A stretch of DNA of 64,000 bases, from contig OZ252098.1 in assembly GCA_965248355.1 (NCBI GenBank), positions 128,001 through 192,000 of the forward strand, read 5' to 3'. Positions 19,499 to 27,291 of this stretch are shown here, piece by piece. Position 1 is the first letter of the stretch; every line of letters starts with the position of its first letter. A program made the position numbers and the translations under genes. The DNA is from Candidatus Latescibacterota bacterium (GTDB lineage Bacteria; Latescibacterota; UBA2968; UBA8231). The notes beneath the pieces are model-generated. The model worked only from the letters and a program-made list of their open reading frames with translations, made no database searches and had not been told where the DNA came from.

Positions 19499-22375
19499 CT
19501 ACTCCTCGAAGCCCAGGATGACCCGCATGAAGGCGGAGGTGATGTCGAGGTCATCCCTCTCCCGCGCGGGATCGCCGTATTGGCGCCGGCTCCACTTGAC
19601 CCCCAGGTTGGTGGCGATGTCATACCCGAAGTAGGGGGACCAGTTCGTCAGCTGCACCACCCGCACGACCTCCTCGTAGCTGTCGCGGCCGTCGGCCAGG
19701 TCCTCCTTGCGCAGGGGCAGGCCCGGCAGCCCCTGGGTGCCGAGCCAGAGATGGGTGCGCGGCGTGATGTGATACGACGTCTTGAGGATCGGTATGAAGG
19801 TCCACTCGTTGGCCAGGTCCACGGCCAGGCTCTGCCGGGTCCGGCGCAGCACCAGCCCCTTGGTCTGGGCGATCAGCTGCCACCGGTCCGACAGCTCCCG
19901 CACGTACTCGGCCCGGACCACCATCGTCAGCCGGGTGATGGTGTCGGCGGCCTGGTCGCTGCCGTCGGCCAGGGTCGCCTCCTGCTGCTCGTTGACCGCA
20001 TAGCGCAGGTTGCCGCCGAGGCGCAGACCGCCGGCGGCGGTGAGGTCGGCCTCGACGTAGTGCTGACGATCCAGGCTGTCCCGGTACTCCAATAGATCCA
20101 GCATCGTGGTGGGGGCGTAGGTCCGCTGCCGGTTGGGATAGCGGCCCCACGCCTCGTCGAAGACGACGTAGTTGTCGACGATGTCATCATGAAGCCGCCG
20201 GAGGCGGGTCTCGGCCCGGACCGAGCCCCACCGGGGGCTGTGGCGGCGGAAGTGGGCCACGCCGTAGGTGCTCTCGTTGCGGCCGCCGCCGACGATCCCC
20301 CCGGCCTGCAGCCGGCCCGCCGTGAGGCGGAAGCCGCCCGGCAGATGCAGCGTCCCGAAGAGGTGGTGCCCGCGCTGGTCCACCTCGTAGGGGTAGTCCG
20401 AATCCAGGTCGTCCTCGCGGTGGTCCGCAATCCCGTTGTTGTTGGCGTCCCGTCCATAGGCATACGCCAACGGCTCCACGTCGTACAGCAGGAACGCCTC
20501 CAGGTAGTCGGGCACCTGGTTGCCGTTGCGGTTGGTGTCCGGAATCCGGTCGTTGTCCCGGTCGTTGCCCGGAAACACCCCGTCCGGGTCGAAGGGGGTG
20601 CCTGTGTCCGCACTCATGGGGCGATGTCCGGGGCCGATGTCGGGATAGCGGTCGTCGTCGTCGTTGTCCTGCACGAAGCCGCTGTCGTACTCCTCGGCGA
20701 TGGAGAACAGCTCCCCGCCCACCTCCATCCGGCCCCGGCGCCACTGCCCGTTCACGTACCAGGCCCCCGCCCCCGTGCTGCTGCGCGCCCCGTTCCAGCG
20801 GCGGATCCCCCGGACCTCCCGGTCCTGGCGGTACCCCGGCCGGCCGTCGGGAAACTCCCGGTATTCCATGCCGCGGGCGTATTCCCAGCGCACCTCGGCG
20901 TCGCCCCACTCCCAGGCCCCGTTGAGACCCCACAGGGCCCGGCCCGTCCACTCCCCCAGATCCAGACGCACCCACTCCAGGTTCGACATGTCCTGCACGT
21001 TGCCCCGGGACCGGCGGGCGGCGGTCACCCCCGGCGTCTCCCTTTCCACGAAGTAGCCCTGCCCCGGCACCAGGGCATTGCCGCCGACGCGATAGTGGAA
21101 CTCGTAGTTCTCCACCGCCGGGGCCGAGACGAAAAGGGGCAGCACCTCGACCCGGTAGTCGTTGCCCACCAGCGCCTCCACCTGCACCTGGCGGATGAAG
21201 GGCTCCTGACTCACGTCGAAGACGGCGATGATCTGCTCGTGGCCGTCGGCCCGCAGCCCCGGAACGTCCGGCAGGGCCTCCACCCAGCGCAGCAGCTCCT
21301 CCAGGTTGACCTTGTCCGACACGTCCTCCCCCTGCAGGTGATCGCGCAGGTAGAGCACGTCCGCGAAGCGCGTGCCCCGATCCAGATAGGCCACGCGCCG
21401 GAACTGACCCGTGAGCCGGTTGGTGGAGCCCACCGCCGTGGGGTTCTGGCCGTTGATCCGGGCCAGGAACGGCCGCAGGTCCGGCCGGTCCTCCCCGTTG
21501 ATCTTCAGACGGACCTCGGAGACCACGGCGCCGGCCTGCAGGTCCTCCGGCGTATCGTCGGAGAACCGCACCAGGTAGGCCACCGGCAGCACCTGCTCGG
21601 CCTGCAGCCCCCCGCGCAGCACGAAGCGCTCCTGCTCCGCGTCGAAGATGTGGAAGTTCACCCCCGTCGCCCCCAGGGTCAGCGCCCCCAGCTCGACATC
21701 GCCGTGGGCCCCCAGAAGCATCAGCGAGCTCCGCCTGTGCTCGGTGAAGTCCCAGTCGGTCCAGACCGGACCTTCGCCGTAGCGGCCGGCGGTGAAGTGG
21801 CCGGTGTAGCGCTGGCCGATGACGGCCCCCCGCGCGTTGCCCACCTGGCTGTCCAGGCGGATGCCGTCGTACCCCGGCAGGGCCAGCGTCAGCGGCGTGA
21901 ACATCGTGCGGATCTCCTCCCCGTAGATCAGGCTCGCCGCCCACCGCGCGTGCGACTCCCGGGCCACCAGGTTGCGCTCGAAGCGCCCCCAACGGGGGAT
22001 CGTGCGGAAGGACTTGGGCAATGCCGACGTCGCCGACGACCGCGTCTCCCGCCACTCGTACACGTCGTAGCCCTGGATCAGGAAGTTGCCCAGGGGGCCG
22101 TAGTAGTTGCGCCGCGTGAAGCTCGTGAACTCCGGCAGCGTGTAGTCCTCGAAACCGTAGTTGAGGTAGGAGGGATCCGACCGGTAGAGAAAGGAGCGGC
22201 CGGAGACGTCCTGGGTGAACCCCAGGCGCGGCTCCGTCGCTCGCACCGGCCCGCACAACCCGCCCCCGGCCGCCAGAAGCGACCACAGGACCACATGACG
22301 GCAGCTTGACAACCAAACCCTCTCTTGTAGGTTCCGATCCCTTGGTCCAGTGACTGAGCGACGCACCGCGCTCAT
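19499..22375 (-). CDS. Large exported protein with Asp/Asn Ca-binding-like repeats and a beta-strand-rich C-terminus (putative OM barrel), copy A
   Basis: ATG 22375 with GAGGTG RBS; near-identical to 32858..35668; QDNDDDDRYPD..GVFPGNDRDNDRIPDTNRNGNQVPDY; ends SAFMRVILGFEE. Confidence 0.8.
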   Translation of the reverse strand: MSAVRRSVTGPRDRNLQERVWLSSCRHVVLWSLLAAGGGLCGPVRATEPRLGFTQDVSGRSFLYRSDPSYLNYGFEDYTLPEFTSFTRRNYYGPLGNFLIQGYDVYEWRETRSSATSALPKSFRTIPRWGRFERNLVARESHARWAASLIYGEEIRTMFTPLTLALPGYDGIRLDSQVGNARGAVIGQRYTGHFTAGRYGEGPVWTDWDFTEHRRSSLMLLGAHGDVELGALTLGATGVNFHIFDAEQERFVLRGGLQAEQVLPVAYLVRFSDDTPEDLQAGAVVSEVRLKINGEDRPDLRPFLARINGQNPTAVGSTNRLTGQFRRVAYLDRGTRFADVLYLRDHLQGEDVSDKVNLEELLRWVEALPDVPGLRADGHEQIIAVFDVSQEPFIRQVQVEALVGNDYRVEVLPLFVSAPAVENYEFHYRVGGNALVPGQGYFVERETPGVTAARRSRGNVQDMSNLEWVRLDLGEWTGRALWGLNGAWEWGDAEVRWEYARGMEYREFPDGRPGYRQDREVRGIRRWNGARSSTGAGAWYVNGQWRRGRMEVGGELFSIAEEYDSGFVQDNDDDDRYPDIGPGHRPMSADTGTPFDPDGVFPGNDRDNDRIPDTNRNGNQVPDYLEAFLLYDVEPLAYAYGRDANNNGIADHREDDLDSDYPYEVDQRGHHLFGTLHLPGGFRLTAGRLQAGGIVGGGRNESTYGVAHFRRHSPRWGSVRAETRLRRLHDDIVDNYVVFDEAWGRYPNRQRTYAPTTMLDLLEYRDSLDRQHYVEADLTAAGGLRLGGNLRYAVNEQQEATLADGSDQAADTITRLTMVVRAEYVRELSDRWQLIAQTKGLVLRRTRQSLAVDLANEWTFIPILKTSYHITPRTHLWLGTQGLPGLPLRKEDLADGRDSYEEVVRVVQLTNWSPYFGYDIATNLGVKWSRRQYGDPARERDDLDITSAFMRVILGFEE
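19506..22235 (-). repeat. Arm A of a ~2.7-kb inverted duplication (partner ~32934..35660)
   Basis: The reverse complement matches the + strand of 32934..35660 over long stretches including synonymous sites; boundaries approximate. Confidence 0.92.
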
Positions 22376-22462
22376 TGGGATCACCTCTCGGCGCGTGCCA
22401 TTCACTCGAGCACGCAGATACTCCTTGACATCGACAGTCCCCCAGAGACCGGCAGGATCCGA

Positions 22463-22960
22463 ATGCGAGCCGCACTAACCATCACAGTCTTGATTCTCGG
22501 CGTGTCCTGCTCCCGGGAGCCGACGCCGTTGGATGTGCATGAGGTTCTCGGCAAGAGCGAGGCCGAACTCATCGAGCGCTGGGGAGAACCCATGCAACAC
22601 GTCCAGGCTTCGGGAGGGAGGTTCGGGCATTTGCTGTGGAAAGATGTGCTGAATACGGGGGTCCGGGTCTTTGTGGTAATAAAGGAGGGGGAGGCGAGTT
22701 ATGTCAGCTACAGATTCGAGGAGATGAGACCCTTCGATGAGGACGAGGCCCTTCGGATGATCGGCGTCGAGCGGCCGGACGCCGAGCCCCAGACCATGAC
22801 CACCCCTGGGGCCAAACGCTGGCAGCCCTTCGAGGCGTACGAAAAGCTCACGCTCAACCCGCGGACCAGATTCATCTCGGTCGGGTCCGACCCGGTGAGA
22901 ATCCGCGCCGACCAGGCAGGAATCGGGGTCCGATCCCGAGTGAAGTCTCGTAGAGAGTAA
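22463..22960 (+). CDS. Small lipoprotein of unknown function
   Basis: Lipobox-like signal MRAALTITVLILGVSC; AGGA RBS; divergent from copy A. Confidence 0.65.
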   Translation: MRAALTITVLILGVSCSREPTPLDVHEVLGKSEAELIERWGEPMQHVQASGGRFGHLLWKDVLNTGVRVFVVIKEGEASYVSYRFEEMRPFDEDEALRMIGVERPDAEPQTMTTPGAKRWQPFEAYEKLTLNPRTRFISVGSDPVRIRADQAGIGVRSRVKSRRE

Positions 22961-23045
22961 AAAGCGTCTCATAAGCGGGGCATAAGCGTATATCTGTGGC
23001 CGCGTCCTCTCGGGCAGCAGGGGGATGTGGGACTCTTGTTTTCTC

Positions 23046-23125
23046 TTGACTTCCGTGAGAAAGCGCCGTACTTATCTGCCGTACTTTCTAGTGAACGTAA
23101 GGCCATATTTAAGCTGTGAACGTAA
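23046..23125 (+). promoter_or_regulatory. AT-rich promoter/operator region of the envelope operon
   Basis: TTGACT (23046) -17 bp- TACTTA (23069); direct repeats GCCGTACTT (23065, 23078) and GTGAACGTAA (23091, 23116); strong AAGGAG RBS before ATG 23243. Confidence 0.5.
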
Positions 23126-23242
23126 TTTATTTCTGGCCTCCTTGGGCCCTGTCGAGACCCGGCAGGTCGAGGTAGGCCAGCAACCAGTCTCACTCCGGAC
23201 CGAACAAGGCTCGGCTTCGGGGGCGGAGAAAAGGAGTAACTC

Positions 23243-25090
23243 ATGAAGAAGGCGATCCTGCTGCTGTGTTCCGGACTGGTCGGGACGGCCGCGGCAAACG
23301 ACTTCGGCCAGTCGAACCCCGACTGGCAGGGTTTCGACGTCCACTGGAAGGGTGGTGCGCCGACGGTGCTGAAGCTCTCGACCCAGGACATGAACCACAC
23401 CTTTGACGGTTCCCCGGTCGAGATCCCCTTCACCATCGAAGGCGTTCCCACGGCCATGGTCTATCTCGCCGTGTACACCCTGGATGCCAATCCCCAGTAC
23501 GGCGGAGAGCCTTTTGGGGTGGGAGGCATCGAACAAAGCCTGATCCGCGCCGCCGGCGTGGATACCATGGTCTACATCAGTGCCGGAGATCGGTTCGACG
23601 CGGGCTCGAACACCATCACCTGGGACGGCACGGATTACAACGGCAGCCAGGTGGCTGCCGGCGTCTACAGGACCTACCTGTTTGCCATCGACGTCGACTC
23701 CCCGCCCACCTACGCGGGCGGGACCATGGCCCCGTGGCAGAACTCGGTGATCGACGACCAGAAGAGTCCCCCGGAAATCTGGTTCGCCCAACAGTTGGAG
23801 GGCGCGTGGCACATCAGGGTGAGCGAGATGGGCACCGACCTGCTCGCCAACCCCGAGGCATTTGAGACCTTCGCCATCCCGTGGGTCAACGCGGTCCCCC
23901 AGGAGAGTGGTGCTGACTGGAAGGACGTCGGCTACTTGCAGATGGATCCGGCCGAGGATAACGTGGCCTACGTCATCCGCTTCCAGAACCCGCCGGGCGG
24001 CCTGTACCGGGCGATCATCGATCGCGAGGCGGGCACCGCGCTGCTCGACGAGAGCTGGGAGAACTCCGACGGCGGGTACATCGCCATGGAGGTTCGCGGC
24101 ATCACCACCATGGTGACCAACGCCCGCCATCATCCCTGGGTGGCCGACGACGGCTTGCTCTACGCCACCGTCGCCGACCACGTGGAGCCCTACGGTTCGC
24201 CAGGTCCGGCGGTGCAGAGATTCGACCGCGCCACGGGGGAGCTGGTGGACGTCCTGTCGTTCCTCGACTACTTCCCCCAGGCTTACAACGACGAAGGCGC
24301 CCCCAGGAACTTCAAGTCGATAGCGGGGTTTGACGTCGACGAGACAGGCTACTACGGGACCAGTTACCTCGGCCGCCCGGGAGCGGGTCCGACGAAGACC
24401 GATCTCGACCTCAACCTGGTCTGGAAGAACCAGAACGGCGACTTCTACCTCGATTACTACACCAGTGACGAGAGGGAGGCCCTGGGGATCCCTTCAAACA
24501 TCCCGATAAGCATATTGGCCGCCCGCTGGGGGATCAGCTTCGTCGGCGGCTGGGAGGCGCCTGAATGGGCCACGGTCCTCGGACCCGACGGGTTTGGTCT
24601 GTTCAAGCTCAACCTGGGAATCCATATGCCCCCGGGCGCACTCGGCGGCATCGCGATGTTGATGGACAACGACAACGAGGCCGACGGTCTGTACATCGGC
24701 GTGGGAGCTGGGCCGTATCTGGCACACTTCCCCATGGACATCGCCCGGGCGAGGGTGGGGGAGGGCCTGACCACGGACGTCCAGGAGCTGGAGGGGGCGG
24801 CAACGCCCGGCGCCTTCGCGCTGGGTGATGCTTTCCCGAACCCCTTCAACCCTGAGACGACCGTCCGCATCGCCGTCCCCGAACTCGACGAGTCTGTGAC
24901 CCTGACCGTGCACAATGTGGCCGGTCAGGAAGTGGCCAGATTGGTGGACCAGGTGCTGGATGCCGGTTCCTACCACGTCACTTGGGACGGCACGGATTCT
25001 CAGGGCGTCAAGGTCGGCAGCGGGGTCTATGTCTTCCGGATGGTCGCCGGGAGTTTTACCGAGAGCAGGCGCGTAACTCTGCTGAAGTAA
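23243..25090 (+). CDS. Secreted protein with N- and C-terminal FlgD-Ig-like motifs and a T9SS type-A-like C-terminal domain
   Basis: Signal peptide; TITWDGTDYNGSQVAAGVY near the N-terminus; C-terminal AFPNPFNPET..HNVAGQEVARLV..VTWDGTDSQGVKVGSGVYVFRM..RRVTLLK. Confidence 0.82.
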   Translation: MKKAILLLCSGLVGTAAANDFGQSNPDWQGFDVHWKGGAPTVLKLSTQDMNHTFDGSPVEIPFTIEGVPTAMVYLAVYTLDANPQYGGEPFGVGGIEQSLIRAAGVDTMVYISAGDRFDAGSNTITWDGTDYNGSQVAAGVYRTYLFAIDVDSPPTYAGGTMAPWQNSVIDDQKSPPEIWFAQQLEGAWHIRVSEMGTDLLANPEAFETFAIPWVNAVPQESGADWKDVGYLQMDPAEDNVAYVIRFQNPPGGLYRAIIDREAGTALLDESWENSDGGYIAMEVRGITTMVTNARHHPWVADDGLLYATVADHVEPYGSPGPAVQRFDRATGELVDVLSFLDYFPQAYNDEGAPRNFKSIAGFDVDETGYYGTSYLGRPGAGPTKTDLDLNLVWKNQNGDFYLDYYTSDEREALGIPSNIPISILAARWGISFVGGWEAPEWATVLGPDGFGLFKLNLGIHMPPGALGGIAMLMDNDNEADGLYIGVGAGPYLAHFPMDIARARVGEGLTTDVQELEGAATPGAFALGDAFPNPFNPETTVRIAVPELDESVTLTVHNVAGQEVARLVDQVLDAGSYHVTWDGTDSQGVKVGSGVYVFRMVAGSFTESRRVTLLK

Positions 25091-25130
25091 GCGGCCAGCG
25101 GGCGTCTCTGTTGAGAGCAGCCTGATTCGG

Positions 25131-25170
25131 AAATGGGTGGCCGGTGAAAGCCGGCCACCCATTTGTTTCT
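25131..25170 (+). terminator. Intrinsic terminator or stabilising hairpin after the first operon gene
   Basis: Perfect 14-bp stem AAATGGGTGGCCGG / CCGGCCACCCATTT, TGAAAG loop, 3' end running into T-rich TTTGTTTCT. Confidence 0.75.
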
Positions 25171-25190
25171 ATCGGCAAGGGAAACCGCCT

Positions 25191-27263
25191 GTGACGTCTA
25201 TCCGCTTCACCTTTCTGATCGGGCTCTGCTGCACGGGTGCGGTGACCGCGCAGACGTGGGAGCAGAGTTCGTGGCGCAGCATCACCTACTACCGTTCCAA
25301 CTTCGTTTCCGCCGCCGCTCTCGAGGGCCAGCTCCACGTGGCCGCCGTGGACAGCTACGAGGTCTACTTCAACGGCGTGCTCCTCGGCGGGGATTCTCTC
25401 GGTACCCGGATGCAGGCCTATGCCGTCCAGGTCCAGGACGGATCGTCGGGGAATGACCTCGCCGTGAAGGTCGTCAACCACGGCGGCGGCACCGGCAACG
25501 GCCTGATCGCCGCGGTGGCCACCGACGAGTACCGGATCGAGACGACCACGAACCAGGTGGTGCAGAGGTGGTACTGGACGGCTGGGGAGCAGCAGGGCCT
25601 CGAGTGGACGACGGCCGATCCCGAGGACGATCCGGCGTGGCAGACCGTGCAGCAGGGATGGGTCGAGCGCGATCGGATCCAGGACCTGCTCGACGCGGAG
25701 ATCGAGATCGTCTCCGGGTTTCTGTCGGGGATCGACGCGGGGGCCCGGCAGGGAAGCCTGGTTCTCAGTCAGATCCGCGGCCAGAACCTGGCCCTCGACA
25801 AACCGGGCAACCGTCTCGAGGTCGTGGACGGAAAGCTGAACACCTCCTGGGACCCGCCCACCACTGCCCTCAACTACTCAGCCAGTGTGGACCTGCAAGT
25901 CCGGCGCAACGTAAGCAGCGTCCGCGTCATCACCAGAGGAAGCAACCCCGGGCAGCTGGAGGAGAATTCGCTGAGGGGCTACTCGGTGCAGGTCAGCGAC
26001 GACCGGGTCCGCTGGACCGAGGTGGGCGTCATCCACGATATCGAGAAGTTCGACTGGACCGAGGTGCGCTTTACGCCGGTCTGGACCCGGTATGTACGTA
26101 TCGTAATAGTTGATATCAACTCCGTGAGCCCTCCCAAGGTCGCCGAGGTGGAGATCTACGGAGACGGGTACACCGATGAGGGCACATACCTCTCCGAGCC
26201 GCTCTCCCTGGGCGCGCCCGACCAGGCCAAGAATTTCGGCCGCGTGCGCTGGGATGCCGAGGTCCCCGAGCGTACGGACCTCTTCGTTCAGTTCCGGACG
26301 GGGACCTCCCCGGCGGACTTCGAGGATCCCGAGCGGGGGTGGAGCACCCCCCTGTCAGGCGGAGACGTCTGGTTCCCCGCCTCGGAGCCGGGAGCCTGGC
26401 TCCAGTATCGGGTCGCCATGGAATCCAGGGACCAGCGGCGCACGCCGGCCTTGCACAGCATCGAGCTGGACTACACTACCGCGGAGATCGCCGTTTCCGG
26501 CGCCCACTCGCGGGTCTCGCCCAACCGCGTGTCCATGGGTGCGGACACCCTCTTCGTGTGCACTCTGGACCTGGTCTTTGCCCCCGGTGACGCGGGGATC
26601 GAGCGGCTCCGCATCGACGTCCCCAGCGAGGCCCGGCTGGTCGACGACGGTCAGCTCCAGGGGATCCTGGCGGACTGGACCTCCACGCAGGATGCGCTGG
26701 AGCTCACCTTCTCCGAGCCGGTGCGCGACATCGACCAGTTGCTGATACCCTTTCGGGCCCGCTCCCATGCGAACAGCCACGAGTTCCGCGTGTTTCTCTT
26801 CAGCCCCGGGTCGGACAACCCCGTCAACGTGGCCGAGAGCGTCGGTCTGGACGAGACCACGGGTGATCCCTTCTCCTGGGCGGTGGTTCCCACGACCTCC
26901 CGCAAGGATGCCCTGTCGAGTGTCCGTGCCAATCCCTCCGTCTTCACACCCAACGGCGACGACATCAACGACGATACCGTCATCGAGTTCATTCTCAGCA
27001 AGGTCGACACGCCCCGTGACCTGGGACTGCGCATCTTCGACCTCCGGGGCGCCCTGGTGCGCGATCTGAAGCCGGCCCCCCTGGCGGCTGGTGTCTACCT
27101 GCGCCTCACCGGCAGCGGGGCGCGAGGCATCGTCCCCGGATACTGGGACGGCAGGGACGACGAGGGCCGGCTGGTGCCGCCGGGCAACTACATCTACCGC
27201 GTCCAGGTGGAGCTCGATGCCGCGAGCGAAACCGGCACCGGCGTCGTAGGGGTGGTTTACTGA
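25191..27263 (+). CDS. Secreted protein with a discoidin (F5/8C)-like domain and a T9SS type-B/CHU_C-like plus FlgD-Ig C-terminus
   Basis: GTG 25191; signal peptide; NLALDK..VVDG..TSW, VDL, YSVQVSDD..W, TRYVRI..AEVEIYG; C-terminal NPSVFTPNGDDIND..RIFDLRG..WDGRDDEGRLVPPGNYIYRV. Confidence 0.78.
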   Translation: MTSIRFTFLIGLCCTGAVTAQTWEQSSWRSITYYRSNFVSAAALEGQLHVAAVDSYEVYFNGVLLGGDSLGTRMQAYAVQVQDGSSGNDLAVKVVNHGGGTGNGLIAAVATDEYRIETTTNQVVQRWYWTAGEQQGLEWTTADPEDDPAWQTVQQGWVERDRIQDLLDAEIEIVSGFLSGIDAGARQGSLVLSQIRGQNLALDKPGNRLEVVDGKLNTSWDPPTTALNYSASVDLQVRRNVSSVRVITRGSNPGQLEENSLRGYSVQVSDDRVRWTEVGVIHDIEKFDWTEVRFTPVWTRYVRIVIVDINSVSPPKVAEVEIYGDGYTDEGTYLSEPLSLGAPDQAKNFGRVRWDAEVPERTDLFVQFRTGTSPADFEDPERGWSTPLSGGDVWFPASEPGAWLQYRVAMESRDQRRTPALHSIELDYTTAEIAVSGAHSRVSPNRVSMGADTLFVCTLDLVFAPGDAGIERLRIDVPSEARLVDDGQLQGILADWTSTQDALELTFSEPVRDIDQLLIPFRARSHANSHEFRVFLFSPGSDNPVNVAESVGLDETTGDPFSWAVVPTTSRKDALSSVRANPSVFTPNGDDINDDTVIEFILSKVDTPRDLGLRIFDLRGALVRDLKPAPLAAGVYLRLTGSGARGIVPGYWDGRDDEGRLVPPGNYIYRVQVELDAASETGTGVVGVVY

Positions 27264-27291
27264 GAAGCTTCCGCTTCCTGTCTGGCTTGAC

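Noticed and set aside
22426-22462. TTGACA boxes near 22426 and 15316 as + strand promoters
   Set aside because: No acceptable -10 element at 16-18 bp spacing on that strand.
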